Below are positions 1 through 9,967 of a DNA stretch of 64,000 bases, one piece after another. The stretch is taken from positions 2,665 to 66,664 of IMG/VR virus record IMGVR_UViG_3300027973_000003; one strand, 5' to 3'. Below the pieces are notes generated by a model. The model was not told the DNA's origin. It did no database searches and was given only the letters and a program-made list of their open reading frames with translations. Every line of letters begins with the position of its first letter. Within the stretch, counting starts at the first letter, position 1. The DNA comes from a virus. A program made the translations under genes and the position numbers.

Positions 1-12
1 CTTGTGTCATTT

Positions 13-279
13 TTAGACCTGTTCAGCTTGCGCCTGTTGTGCTTCTGCTTGACGTTCTGCGGCAGATTGGATTGGGGCAGCGATCACGATGTCATCTTTA
101 GAACCTGTGATTGACTTGCCTTCACCTAATAAGCGCTGAACTTCAGCAGCAATAATTTCTTCCATAGCAATACGGCAACGCTCATGAACTGCGTTTTGAA
201 TCCAGTCGTCTTGGCTAAATGCCACTACGCCTAGAGCTTTGTTTTCTGCATCAGAAAGTGTAATTGTGTATGTTGCCAT
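13..279 (-). CDS. hypothetical virion-associated protein (tail-fibre partner)
   Basis: 88 aa ORF with AGGAG RBS, directly downstream of a C1q-type fibre gene. Confidence 0.6.
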   Translation of the reverse strand: MATYTITLSDAENKALGVVAFSQDDWIQNAVHERCRIAMEEIIAAEVQRLLGEGKSITGSKDDIVIAAPIQSAAERQAEAQQAQAEQV

Positions 280-293
280 TTTATTTCTCCTAA

Positions 294-1586
294 TTAACCT
301 ATTAACCAGCCACCAAAATAACCAAACACCGCTTCACTACCATATATTGGTTGTCCGCTGTCATTAAACAAATCAACATAATCACCAGCAGCTAGCGTTT
401 TAGTTACCTCTACATGCACAAAATCAAAATATGCTGCTGTGCTATCGTAAAAGTTTTGATTTTTTTGTACATATGATCCATTTACACGTAAACCAACCCT
501 TGGTCCTGTGTGGGTTCCAGCAGAACCATTATCTAGTACGGATGCGTAAAAATGATAAGTACCAGCTACGGGAGCAGTAAATCTAGATGTAGAAGTGCTG
601 TAGTTTGAGCCAACGTTTGTAAGCACAACGTTAAATGTAATTTGTACACCACCAGTTTGTGCTCCGTTGTCTTTTTGTGCATGAAATATTGGCTGGTAAG
701 GCATTGTTACAATTCCAGTACCAGAAATTCGCATACGCTCAGTAGCGTTTGTATTAAATGTAATTGGAGTTGCAGAAGCTGTGTATAAATTTAAACTGCC
801 AGCCCCACCCCAATTGCTGTTTCCACTTGAAGGTACAAAAATAGCAGTTTGATTAGCGTTTGTGTTGCTACCGATCCAAATTTCACTATAAGCAGTACCG
901 CCGCTGTTTGTGTTTTGTACTTTTATTCCTTGGTCAGCATTTGCATTTCCGATAACACTAAGGTTATAACTTGGGCTACTAGTACCAATACTAACTTGAC
1001 TAGACGAATTCCAAGCAGGACCGCCTGTGCTTAATTTAGCTGGGGTTACAGCACCATCCACAATATTAGAAGAACTTACTGCGCCAGCAGCATTAGGGAT
1101 TGCGTTGGCTACAGAGCTGACTTGGAAGGACTCTACAGTAACAAGATTGCCAGCCGCAGCACCCGTAGTAAGAACAACAGTAGTTCCGTTAGAAGCAGTA
1201 TAGTCAGCGCTGCCCAGCAAAACTCCATTAAGGTAGACATTGATGAATCCCACGGTGTAAGAAGGCGGTGTGAATGTAGTCTGTCCTGCTGTAGCTGTGA
1301 ACTCCGTTACGGTTCTGTAAGCTGTGGTAGTTACGCCTGTTACTGGAACACCAAGATAGCGGCATGAGATATTACCTGTGCCAGTCGGCGGAGCAGTTGT
1401 GAAGTTAAGCGTGTTGCCAACTACACCATAAGTAGATGGGTCTTGAACTACACCAGATACCACCACAAGTACGTTAGTAGTCCCAGCAGGAGCCACCGAC
1501 ATTGTGAAAGCCGTAGTAGAGCCGTTACCGCTAAATTGGTCGGTAACAAAAGCCGATTGGTATATGGGGTTTCCAATGTATGGCAT
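294..1586 (-). CDS. tail fibre / receptor-binding protein with C-terminal C1q-like domain
   Basis: MPYIGN + FSGNGSTTAFT N-terminal module, TNATERMRI fibre repeat, C1q signature FTAPVAGTYHF and C-terminal FGGWLIG. Confidence 0.8.
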   Translation of the reverse strand: MPYIGNPIYQSAFVTDQFSGNGSTTAFTMSVAPAGTTNVLVVVSGVVQDPSTYGVVGNTLNFTTAPPTGTGNISCRYLGVPVTGVTTTAYRTVTEFTATAGQTTFTPPSYTVGFINVYLNGVLLGSADYTASNGTTVVLTTGAAAGNLVTVESFQVSSVANAIPNAAGAVSSSNIVDGAVTPAKLSTGGPAWNSSSQVSIGTSSPSYNLSVIGNANADQGIKVQNTNSGGTAYSEIWIGSNTNANQTAIFVPSSGNSNWGGAGSLNLYTASATPITFNTNATERMRISGTGIVTMPYQPIFHAQKDNGAQTGGVQITFNVVLTNVGSNYSTSTSRFTAPVAGTYHFYASVLDNGSAGTHTGPRVGLRVNGSYVQKNQNFYDSTAAYFDFVHVEVTKTLAAGDYVDLFNDSGQPIYGSEAVFGYFGGWLIG

Positions 1587-1588
1587 AT

Positions 1589-2170
1589 TTAACCCGCTAT
1601 TTCCATGGCTGTAATTGTTGTAGTACCCCTATCGTCAGCACTAAACTGAACTTCATTTCCATTAAGCGAGCGAAAATATACTGTGTATGTAACTGAAGAT
1701 GTAGTAGATGGACTATCTAAAACTGACATTGAATGCGGTGTAAGTACCCAACTACCGCCTGGAGTTGAAACTCGCTCAAACCCAAAATTAGTACTACTTA
1801 AATTTGTAGAGTTTCTGTATATAGTGCAATACATTGTACTTGAAGCAGATGTACCCATATAAGCTCCTCCGCCAGCAACTGTTATTAAAATTTTTGAAGT
1901 AGTTGCTCTTGGTGTTATTGAAATACCAAAACCTGTAGTAACAAAACTACTAGATGATGTACCAATAGTTGAAGTACCAATTTGATTTTGAAGAACTTGC
2001 AAAACAGACCCAGTAGGCAAAGATGCAGACGGTAGTACCCCAGAAGTCTGAGTAGCTAAAGCAACAGCGCCAGTAGCTATCTTTGCAGAAGTAACAGCAC
2101 CCGCAGCAATATCAACTGCGACAACTGCGCTATCCGCAATTCCGTTGGTTCCTATTTGACTGATTGGCAT
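1589..2170 (-). CDS. short tail fibre-like protein
   Basis: AVTSAKIA repeats, GSVLQV...ITAMEIAG beta-sandwich tip typical of phage fibre proteins. Confidence 0.65.
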   Translation of the reverse strand: MPISQIGTNGIADSAVVAVDIAAGAVTSAKIATGAVALATQTSGVLPSASLPTGSVLQVLQNQIGTSTIGTSSSSFVTTGFGISITPRATTSKILITVAGGGAYMGTSASSTMYCTIYRNSTNLSSTNFGFERVSTPGGSWVLTPHSMSVLDSPSTTSSVTYTVYFRSLNGNEVQFSADDRGTTTITAMEIAG

Positions 2171-2466
2171 TATTTAGCCTCTTCAACTACAGGAACTTCC
2201 CATAGCCATGTATCAGTATTTAGTGTAGCGTCTTCAGATGGTTTTGGGGCGATAAACACATCGTTTTCTCTATCGTATGTGTAGCCAATACCAGCGTAGT
2301 TACCACGCAATGGTGTGCCACCTTGAGTATGCTGATTGCCAATGGTGTTATAGGATGTTTGAATCCACTCACCAGGGCTTGAATCTACGAATGTTTTAAA
2401 GAAATCAGGCTCAGCCACAATCACTTGTGTAACTTTACCGTCAACTACTTTTGCAAAATGTCCCAT
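2170..2466 (-). CDS. conserved hypothetical phage protein (partner of glycine-rich fibre)
   Basis: MGHFAKV...WIQTSYN...LRGNYAGIGYTYD motif, coupled to neighbours. Confidence 0.65.
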   Translation of the reverse strand: MGHFAKVVDGKVTQVIVAEPDFFKTFVDSSPGEWIQTSYNTIGNQHTQGGTPLRGNYAGIGYTYDRENDVFIAPKPSEDATLNTDTWLWEVPVVEEAK

Positions 2467-2475
2467 GTTTTCTCC

Positions 2476-3882
2476 TTAAGCTGTATATGTACCAGATGAT
2501 GTAAATGTATGATAAGTGTATCCACCTGACGAAGTTACAGTTCCGCCAGTGCCTTTTTGAGATCCGAGGTAACGAATAATTACAATACCAGAGCCACCAG
2601 ATGCTCCTGCTTGGTTGTCTTGAGAGCCGCCAGCTGGGCCATTAACTGAACTACCTCCAGCTCCACCGCCTGTGTTGGCAGAACCATTTGCGCCCGCAAG
2701 ATATACTTGAGAAGATGCTCTTGCTCCATTACCGCCACCGCCCAATCCACCTGTACCAGCAGTTTTACCACCTTCAGTCCAAGGCGCAGCTCCACCACCT
2801 CCGCCACCAGCGTAATATGTGCCTAGCGATTTCCAATTAATTCCTACACCACCGTTACCAGCAACAGCAGTTGAATTACTACCACTAGCGCTTCCACCTG
2901 CACCACCTGCACCACCACCGCCGCCGCCAACACGGTCACTAGAATTTAGACCGTATCCGCCAGAACTACCTTGACCAGTAGTTCCAGAACCAGGAGTATT
3001 TGGAGAGGTGTATCCACCGCCACCGCCTGATCCACCAGAATTTGCTGTGTATCCTGGATAAGCTCCCCCTGCTCCGCCGCCTATAGCAGTTTGGCTAAAC
3101 CCAGTTGAATTACTACCGTTGTTTCCATTTCCACCTCCAGCAGCTCCAGCTCCACCAGCACCGATAACTATTGAATATGTGTTTCCAGAAATTAATGAAA
3201 TCGCTGCGTCAATAGCTCCACCAGCCCCTCCGCCACCACCGCCTGTAGCGTGTTCTCCTGCCTTACAAGAACCTCCACCAGCTACAATTAAATAGTCTGC
3301 TGTATAAGGTACAGTTATCCAACTAGGGGCTGCACTAGGGCCATTAGACTGCAATACTTGACCCGCAGTTCCATAAGAAGGAGTTGTTCCAACACCTAAA
3401 GCGCCGTTAGCGGTCAAAGCTAATAGTGAAGCACGAGCAGAAGTACCGCCGTTGTACAGCGTTATGCCTTCTGATGGGCCTACAGTAACCCGACCTGTAC
3501 CTGTAACGTAGTCAACAATCGTGCCAGCAAGGTATGCGTTACCAAAGTCGCCAGTAGAGAGTAAGCCACCACCAGTAGTAGTAATGTCACCAATAACCGT
3601 TGGGTCTTGGGAGATAGCAGCGTAGGTAGTAATTAAACTGGTGTACTCAACCCAGATGTTATTTGTGCCTGATAGCGGAGCAGAAGTAAATGTAATGGCA
3701 CTACCAGCTACAGTAAATGCAGAACTTGGGTTTTGAATGACGTTATCAACAGCAACAATCATCTGCGCCACAGAAGATACTGGGCGTGTCAAAGTAAAAG
3801 TTACAGTTACACCATTACCACTAAAGTAATCAATGGCTGGGGTAAACCCTTGGTTCTGAACTGTATTACCGATATATGGCAT
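2476..3882 (-). CDS. glycine-rich tail fibre / adhesin
   Basis: MPYIGN module, GTAGQVLQSNG linker, DYLIVAGGG...GGSGIVIIRY glycine-rich domain. Confidence 0.8.
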   Translation of the reverse strand: MPYIGNTVQNQGFTPAIDYFSGNGVTVTFTLTRPVSSVAQMIVAVDNVIQNPSSAFTVAGSAITFTSAPLSGTNNIWVEYTSLITTYAAISQDPTVIGDITTTGGGLLSTGDFGNAYLAGTIVDYVTGTGRVTVGPSEGITLYNGGTSARASLLALTANGALGVGTTPSYGTAGQVLQSNGPSAAPSWITVPYTADYLIVAGGGSCKAGEHATGGGGGGAGGAIDAAISLISGNTYSIVIGAGGAGAAGGGNGNNGSNSTGFSQTAIGGGAGGAYPGYTANSGGSGGGGGYTSPNTPGSGTTGQGSSGGYGLNSSDRVGGGGGGAGGAGGSASGSNSTAVAGNGGVGINWKSLGTYYAGGGGGGAAPWTEGGKTAGTGGLGGGGNGARASSQVYLAGANGSANTGGGAGGSSVNGPAGGSQDNQAGASGGSGIVIIRYLGSQKGTGGTVTSSGGYTYHTFTSSGTYTA

Positions 3883-3883
3883 A

Positions 3884-4210
3884 TTAGGTCGCAGTCAAAG
3901 CAGAAACAATGCAATCACCAGACGAGGCGCTGCCGTTTTGAACATAAAGAGCATCACTAGTCTTCATCACTACACGGTTGCCTTGGATTACTTCAAGCGA
4001 ACCGCCAACAGGCACAGTAGCGTTATAGACCAAATAGTAGTTAACAGAAGAGCGAGTCAAGTAAACCGAAGTAGTAATCGGCGCAGTTGAAGTATTAGAT
4101 ATGATGCAGCTAGAAATAGCCACAGTACCAGAAGCAACGCTAGTAATAATATTGACTGCGGATATGCCAACGTTTTTGGCTACGAACGAGGTGTTTGAAT
4201 AAGTTGCCAT
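3884..4210 (-). CDS. hypothetical virion structural protein
   Basis: 108 aa beta-rich ORF in tail operon. Confidence 0.55.
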   Translation of the reverse strand: MATYSNTSFVAKNVGISAVNIITSVASGTVAISSCIISNTSTAPITTSVYLTRSSVNYYLVYNATVPVGGSLEVIQGNRVVMKTSDALYVQNGSASSGDCIVSALTAT

Positions 4211-4211
4211 A

Positions 4212-5078
4212 TTAGCCCATCATAAAGGATAAGAAGTACGCATCATCAACTGGAGAAGAACCCCAAGTAGGAGGAGCGCCAGAACCATTTGTTGTTAATA
4301 CTGAACCAGCCGTACCATATACGCCGTTAAACGCAATCGCACCAACCGCATTAATAGTCATAGCATCAGTAGCAGAACTATTAGTTACTAAGTGAATTGC
4401 ATTACTTGAAATAGTACCAACAACAATATCGGTGCTGCCAGAAATAAAGTAAGCATTGTTTGGCGCATTAATAGCGCCTGTACCAACATAACCAGATGAG
4501 TTAATACCCATCGTAGCGTAGTTAGTTGTTGCTGTCCCAGTGTCGTTGTAAGCAATAAACTCAGCCGTTGCCGAAGAGCCACTAGATAAGTTCTGAATAG
4601 CCGCTTGGTAGTAGCTTGGGTGCGTTGCAACAAAATTAGAAGCCAGACCTGTATCGGTAAAACCTAATGCCCCGCCAACAACTAAGTTACTTGTATTAGC
4701 GTTAGTAGCTAGGGTTACGTTAGGTACTGTGAATCGTGCTGGTAATGTGACGTTGTTGCTTGCGTCTGTGTTGACAGAGTTCTCAGCTGGGTAAGTAACA
4801 AATACAGTCTGTGTGCCAGAGCTAAAGTTAACTAGGGCAGTAGTGCCAAGGTAGTTAGCATAAACAGTTGTACGGGCAAGCGTACCTGCACCTACAGTAC
4901 CAAGACCTACTTCCCACTTTGCTCCGCCTTGATCCGCAATACAGTAAAAGGTTGTGTTGCCATTACCAATAGATGAACTAAAGGTCTGATAGCCTAAAGC
5001 CGCACCACCAAGCGTAACTGTGCCTGTACCTGGTGCGGTAGCTGATTCTTGTACTCTGTCTTTTAAGACCAAGGCCAT
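4212..5078 (-). CDS. tail fibre-like structural protein
   Basis: MALVLKDRVQE...WEVGLGT N-terminus common in phage tail proteins; GTAGSVLTTNG linker. Confidence 0.65.
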   Translation of the reverse strand: MALVLKDRVQESATAPGTGTVTLGGAALGYQTFSSSIGNGNTTFYCIADQGGAKWEVGLGTVGAGTLARTTVYANYLGTTALVNFSSGTQTVFVTYPAENSVNTDASNNVTLPARFTVPNVTLATNANTSNLVVGGALGFTDTGLASNFVATHPSYYQAAIQNLSSGSSATAEFIAYNDTGTATTNYATMGINSSGYVGTGAINAPNNAYFISGSTDIVVGTISSNAIHLVTNSSATDAMTINAVGAIAFNGVYGTAGSVLTTNGSGAPPTWGSSPVDDAYFLSFMMG

Positions 5079-5088
5079 TTATGGCTCC

Positions 5089-5682
5089 TTAGCCAGCAGC
5101 GCTGAGTGTATACGTTACGTTAATAGTATCGCCAGATGTTACCGTCTTAGAACCAGCCGTAAACGCACCGATGCTAAACAAAGTACCTGTAGTGTTATCA
5201 ATCGCTGTAGAACCACCAACGTTAATGAACGCACCGTACACAGTACCAGAGCCAGTCATGCTAAACACCACCGCAGCGCTGGTTGACAGAACGGAGGGAT
5301 TCGCTGTCGTTGCTGCTGAGAAAGATGGAGTTTTACGGGTTCCAGAGTAGGTTGGGGCATTGGCGCCACCAACTTCAAACCAGCCAGCATGGCTAGCTTG
5401 AGTATCAGCATAAGCAGGAGTAAACGTACCAGAACCATTAGCGCCTCCAAGACCCATAACAATTGCACCGCCACCTGAGTTAGCAAAGTAAGAGTCCATT
5501 AGATTCTTACGACCAACGTTTGTAGTTAAGTTTGTAAATGTATCAGACCACTTTTCAACGCCATTAGCGTCGTAGCACGTAGCAACGTATACACCTTCTA
5601 AGCCAACAGTCTCGGCTGAACCACCACCGTAGGAAGCACAAGCCCCGAAGCTATCGCCTAATTTTGTAATTTCAGAACTCAT
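5089..5682 (-). CDS. hypothetical tail structural protein
   Basis: 197 aa, ends KTVTSGDTINVTYTL; tail operon context. Confidence 0.6.
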   Translation of the reverse strand: MSSEITKLGDSFGACASYGGGSAETVGLEGVYVATCYDANGVEKWSDTFTNLTTNVGRKNLMDSYFANSGGGAIVMGLGGANGSGTFTPAYADTQASHAGWFEVGGANAPTYSGTRKTPSFSAATTANPSVLSTSAAVVFSMTGSGTVYGAFINVGGSTAIDNTTGTLFSIGAFTAGSKTVTSGDTINVTYTLSAAG

Positions 5683-5690
5683 AATTTCTC

Positions 5691-6116
5691 CTAAGAAACT
5701 CTAATAATGGCACTTGTTGCGTTTGCCGTTGGGAATTGCACTGTAAATGTATTTGTTGCTATTTTATCGCTACCAAAATTTAGCACACAAACAGCGGCCC
5801 CAGTAGTGCTATTGTAGATTAATGCACCCCTAGTAGTAAAGGACGCTGGGCTCCAAATAGCGGGTAAAAATGAAACAAAAGCTGTTTGATCTGGGTTACT
5901 AAAGTCTGGCGGTATAACAGTTAGAGCTAAACCCCCTGCCGTGTACCCAGTACCTGTAATTTCGTTATTAGTAGTGTAGGCAGTAGTATCGCTATCTAGG
6001 TTAGCAAAAGCAGTATATAAAGCAATCTTGTATGTGTAGGGGGTACCCACGGCAAAGTTCTCTAAAGCCTTTAAAAGGTTTAGTTTAAATACGGTAGTTT
6101 GGCCCTGAACTATCAT
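5691..6116 (-). CDS. hypothetical tail structural protein
   Basis: KIALYT...NEITGTGYTAGG...GALIYN motif common in podovirus tail modules. Confidence 0.65.
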   Translation of the reverse strand: MIVQGQTTVFKLNLLKALENFAVGTPYTYKIALYTAFANLDSDTTAYTTNNEITGTGYTAGGLALTVIPPDFSNPDQTAFVSFLPAIWSPASFTTRGALIYNSTTGAAVCVLNFGSDKIATNTFTVQFPTANATSAIIRVS

Positions 6117-7054
6117 GAATTAACTTGCAATATAGTTTGACCGTTACGGTATGCATCACCACGCTCAAGACCGTCGCCAAGACGTTTAAGCTGTGCAATA
6201 GCTTCTTCGTACATCTTTTGGTAATAGGCAACCATATCTTGCTCGCCCTTCATAAAGATAATAGCCTCTCGCATTGCTCCATAAAACAGTACTGGGTCAT
6301 AGTTATCACCTAACCAGCTTCTACCAGTTGAGTTAGATACTGTAGCTACAGTAATGGTAAACCCTGATCCAGTAGATCCTAGTGAAGAGCAAGAAAGAAT
6401 ATCGCCAGCAACATAGAAATTGCCGCCAAACTTTAAAGTTACGCTAGTAACAGTCTGTCCAGTTACTACAATATCCGCTGTAGCATTAGCTCCAGATCCC
6501 CCAGTTAACAAAACGTTTTGGTATACACCATTGGTATATAGCGCCCCTGCGCTAAACGTACCAGCCAATGTAGCAATTTGACCTTGCACAATTGTGGGCG
6601 GGTAGTAGAAATAGTGCATCTCTACTGTGTAGCTTTGGTCTGGGGTTGGGGCTACCATCAAAGTCATTTCATTGACATTAGAATACTGAGCACCAAATAG
6701 AGCATAGTATTTAGGAACCCCGCCAGGAGTACCTTGGTAGGTAGATCCAGTTAAAGTTACAGCTGGGTAAGCCGCACGTAAGTAGTTAACATCTTTGTTA
6801 ATAAGGTAGTTGTAATTATTGGTTGAATCAATAACCGCAATCGAGTAGTTAGAGAGCCAATCATCTGGCAAAGAAATATACTGATTACCTGACGTCATGG
6901 TACCTGTAACGTTTTTACGTAAAGATGGGATTTGAACTGCGTTATATATACGGTCTTCAGCTTCCTGTACAAATACAGGAATGTTTGCTACAAACAACTG
7001 CTCAGTGTTCTCAGCGTACGACTGAATTGAGTTATATAACGTTTCGTAATTCAT
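6113..7054 (-). CDS. putative head-tail adaptor / tail tubular protein
   Basis: MNYETLYNSIQ...GVPKYYA...VAPTPDQSYTVEMHY pattern with an internal Ig-like insertion. Confidence 0.6.
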   Translation of the reverse strand: MNYETLYNSIQSYAENTEQLFVANIPVFVQEAEDRIYNAVQIPSLRKNVTGTMTSGNQYISLPDDWLSNYSIAVIDSTNNYNYLINKDVNYLRAAYPAVTLTGSTYQGTPGGVPKYYALFGAQYSNVNEMTLMVAPTPDQSYTVEMHYFYYPPTIVQGQIATLAGTFSAGALYTNGVYQNVLLTGGSGANATADIVVTGQTVTSVTLKFGGNFYVAGDILSCSSLGSTGSGFTITVATVSNSTGRSWLGDNYDPVLFYGAMREAIIFMKGEQDMVAYYQKMYEEAIAQLKRLGDGLERGDAYRNGQTILQVNS

Positions 7055-7296
7055 TAGCCCATTTTCCCGCTAATCTTGCGACCTTTAGTAGCAGCGCCAT
7101 AACCACGCATAACACCCACACCGTATGGGTTAATAGGGGCGTAGTTGCCTTTGCTAATACCGCCTACAGAAATATTTTCTTTTTCCATAACTTTAGCGCC
7201 AGCTTCATACCCGCTATAGGTATTAACGTTAGTTTGTTCACCACTCATTTTATGCGGCTCATCATAAGCCTGAGCAGGCTTGTTGTTTTTAGCCAT
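7054..7296 (-). CDS. small basic virion protein
   Basis: 80 aa, C-terminal MRGYGAATKG motif; RBS and coupling. Confidence 0.6.
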   Translation of the reverse strand: MAKNNKPAQAYDEPHKMSGEQTNVNTYSGYEAGAKVMEKENISVGGISKGNYAPINPYGVGVMRGYGAATKGRKISGKMG

Positions 7297-7298
7297 GA

Positions 7299-7484
7299 TT
7301 AACGACCTCTTTGGTTATTCGCACGTGCCATATTGCGACCAACAGCTTTCATAGCTTTGCCAGTTACACCAGCAGATTTTTTGCCACCAGTTTGAACTTT
7401 AGCCGTTGGGCCTGAATCGCCTAAATTTTTACCTTTAGTTTTGCCTTTGGACTCAATACCGCTAGCGCCTTTTTTGAATGTCAT
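7299..7484 (-). CDS. small basic virion protein
   Basis: 61 aa K/G-rich with KGKTKG motif, AGGAG RBS. Confidence 0.6.
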   Translation of the reverse strand: MTFKKGASGIESKGKTKGKNLGDSGPTAKVQTGGKKSAGVTGKAMKAVGRNMARANNQRGR

Positions 7485-7493
7485 AATAAACTC

Positions 7494-7922
7494 CTAAGTT
7501 GTTACTACGGTTACGGTTCCTGTTTGCCCTATAGCCACTAAAGCATTAGGAGTTAAAACAGTATCAAAACTACTTGCACCACCTACAGGGTTCCAACCCC
7601 ATTGAATCTGTCTACTACCATCGCTAGGATAACCAGCATTTGCGGTGTTATTACTAGCAGTCTGCGACGTATATAAACCAGTATTACCAGATGCATAATA
7701 GGATACATCAGGACGTGGTTCCCGTACAGCCTGTGGATCATTTACTGGGTACATACCTAACTGCAACTGCGGCTGATCTGGATCCCAACAAGTTTTACAA
7801 ACTTTAACCTTATATGGCTTTGTCTTCAATACTTGGATGCGTAATTCTTTAAGCATGTACCGCTGGTCACAACGATCACATTCCGCTATTGCCCACTTAC
7901 CAGAAGCAAACTTACTAGGCAC
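7494..7922 (-). CDS. conserved phage protein with CxxC pairs (possible Zn ribbon)
   Basis: CDRC...CKTCWD...DPQAVREPRPD. Confidence 0.65.
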   Translation of the reverse strand: MPSKFASGKWAIAECDRCDQRYMLKELRIQVLKTKPYKVKVCKTCWDPDQPQLQLGMYPVNDPQAVREPRPDVSYYASGNTGLYTSQTASNNTANAGYPSDGSRQIQWGWNPVGGASSFDTVLTPNALVAIGQTGTVTVVTT

Positions 7923-7924
7923 AA

Positions 7925-8872
7925 TTACCTCGAATAGAACATATTGCGTGGCACAAACCGAATCGGGGCTTTTTCCCGATCTTCGTCTGCAGCTAATTTA
8001 AACTGTTCCTCGTACTCCGCTTTTAAGAACGGAACCCTTGAGAGGTCCATACCTACAATCTTCTGGGACATATAAAAAGCCAACCCAGCTGCCATACAAG
8101 GAATCCAACGGAACGGGATATCCTGAGTAGACACACCAGTGCCCGCATCTTGCAGGCGACGCATACGCCAATAAACAACAGTGAACTGCTGTCCAGGAAC
8201 CCCAGTAGGCCAGATATTAATGTTTGGCAGGTAATTTACGTAGATTGGGGCAGCTATTGAATGGGTTGCAGCTGTAGTGCCGTTTTGCCCACGGTAACAA
8301 TTTAAAAGCTGGTTGTAGACCCCATTAGAGTCAGCCCCAATGTTTTGATAAAGAATGGTCTCGTTATCAATGTTGATATATCCCTGACTACGCAGGTTAG
8401 CCGTAGAAGCTACAGTTAGAGTAGTAGCAGTTGCGCTTGCAGCCGCAGCTAAAGTGGTTGTAGCCGTTGCATCGACGTTGCCTGACTGCCTATCTATCCA
8501 AACTTGAATTGGGCGCCCTGTGGCGTTTTTAGTAGGTATTGTGAGGTAATCATCAGCTGATATACGGGTAAGGTTAATATCAACTTGGTTTTGTCCTGTA
8601 CCAGTACGGGTTACTTGGTCGTAGAAATCAATGGTATCTACTGGGATTGGGTAGCTGATTTGCCCAGCATTAATGTTAATAGGGATTTGACCCTGCTCAA
8701 TAGTCCAAAGATTAATGCCACGGTTTGCCCACTCAATGGTCATCATATTGACGCTACGACGGGCAGTTCTAAACTCATAGCCCGTACGCACCTGTGAACC
8801 ACAACGCTCAAAAGCTTCCTCGATAAGGTCGCCCATATCTAGGTTAAATGTGGTTACGCCAGTAGTACTCAT
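7925..8872 (-). CDS. putative head-tail connector/adaptor protein
   Basis: LIEEAFERCG...EWANRGINLWT...GRPIQVW...DIPFRWIPCMAAGLA; position after capsid genes. Confidence 0.65.
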   Translation of the reverse strand: MSTTGVTTFNLDMGDLIEEAFERCGSQVRTGYEFRTARRSVNMMTIEWANRGINLWTIEQGQIPININAGQISYPIPVDTIDFYDQVTRTGTGQNQVDINLTRISADDYLTIPTKNATGRPIQVWIDRQSGNVDATATTTLAAAASATATTLTVASTANLRSQGYINIDNETILYQNIGADSNGVYNQLLNCYRGQNGTTAATHSIAAPIYVNYLPNINIWPTGVPGQQFTVVYWRMRRLQDAGTGVSTQDIPFRWIPCMAAGLAFYMSQKIVGMDLSRVPFLKAEYEEQFKLAADEDREKAPIRFVPRNMFYSR

Positions 8873-9084
8873 TTAGTAGCCTTTTTAACAACTTTTGTAG
8901 CTTTTTTACCAACAGCCTGTTTAGTTCTAGTTGCTCTAGATGGTAAAGCACGTGTTTTCTTTACAGCTGGTTTTTTAACTGGTCTATCCAAACCAAAGAA
9001 ATCTTTATCCTCTTTAGGGGAAACCACAATTTCAACTTGTGGTTTTTTGAATAAATTAAATATCCAACTAATCGCAAAGTTCAT
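8869..9084 (-). CDS. small lysine-rich (histone H1-like) protein
   Basis: VKKPAVKK...KKATKVVKKATK low-complexity tail. Confidence 0.5.
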   Translation of the reverse strand: MNFAISWIFNLFKKPQVEIVVSPKEDKDFFGLDRPVKKPAVKKTRALPSRATRTKQAVGKKATKVVKKATK

Positions 9085-9335
9085 TATTTCTTCCTCGCTG
9101 TTTTTGCAGATTTAATAAAGTCCGCTTTAGTAGGCGCGCCCTTAGCCCCAGGCTTACGCATTGTTTCACCAGAGCCAGCTGCAATACGTGCTTGCTTTTT
9201 ATGAATATTTGCGTATAGGCCAACTTTGCCGCCTTCTTTAAATTGAGTAAAGTCAGTATTATCCCTACGTGCTTTCTTTTTAGCACCAGGCATTTTAGAT
9301 GGGGCTATGTCGCCCATACCTCGACTTGGTCTCAT
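9084..9335 (-). CDS. small basic virion protein
   Basis: MRPSRGMG...FKEGGKVGLYANIHKK...PGAKGAPT motif. Confidence 0.65.
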   Translation of the reverse strand: MRPSRGMGDIAPSKMPGAKKKARRDNTDFTQFKEGGKVGLYANIHKKQARIAAGSGETMRKPGAKGAPTKADFIKSAKTARKK

Positions 9336-9592
9336 GCTCTTGTCTTTCCACGAATAGCACAGCCATCAGCACGGGCAGAGGCAGATTTAACTTTGCCACC
9401 TTTCTTCATGCCACTAGCCATTGCAGGTTTTTTGCCATTACTAACTTCTTCTTGGGCAATACGACGCATTTCTTCTTTTTTTGCTTCTTCGTCTGGGTTA
9501 ATCATATTGATTAGTTTATCCCGCAACCCAGGGACGGCTGCACCAAAACCAATAGCTTTTAAATTGCTAATACCGTCTTTAATAAAGTCCAT
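9332..9592 (-). CDS. small basic virion protein
   Basis: MKKGGKVKSASARADGCAIRGKTRA C-terminus; start placed at MDFIK just after the upstream stop. Confidence 0.6.
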   Translation of the reverse strand: MDFIKDGISNLKAIGFGAAVPGLRDKLINMINPDEEAKKEEMRRIAQEEVSNGKKPAMASGMKKGGKVKSASARADGCAIRGKTRA

Positions 9593-9594
9593 GA

Positions 9595-9966
9595 TTACAT
9601 CTTCCCGCCGCCACACATGGAGATCATTGTGCCTTTGGTTTTGCCTTTAGTAGCACAACCGTCCGCACGTGCTGAGGCGCTGCCGCCTTTAGCTAACTTC
9701 AATGTTGTGCCTTTGCCGCCTTTATGTTCTTGAGCATCATGCTGTTTCATAGCTTTTTTAATCATGGACACGTCTTGCTTTTTGTCCATTTTCATATCTT
9801 CTTTCATGTCGCTTTTCATAGATCCACCTTTATTAAATTTCTTGCCTTTGTCGGCAGTTAAAAATTCCTCACCAATTGAGGATTTAATTCCAACCTTCTT
9901 AGCAAAAGCTGGGTTCTTGGCAACGGCAGCCATAAAGTTGTGTTGTTTTTTACTTGTACTAGGCAT
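9595..9966 (-). CDS. small basic virion protein
   Basis: MPSTSKKQHNFMAAVA...ASARADGCATKGKTKG. Confidence 0.65.
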   Translation of the reverse strand: MPSTSKKQHNFMAAVAKNPAFAKKVGIKSSIGEEFLTADKGKKFNKGGSMKSDMKEDMKMDKKQDVSMIKKAMKQHDAQEHKGGKGTTLKLAKGGSASARADGCATKGKTKGTMISMCGGGKM

Positions 9967-9967
9967 T

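Noticed and set aside
294-5078. Diversity-generating retroelement acting on the fibres
   Set aside because: No reverse transcriptase and no template/variable repeat pair differing at adenines was seen.
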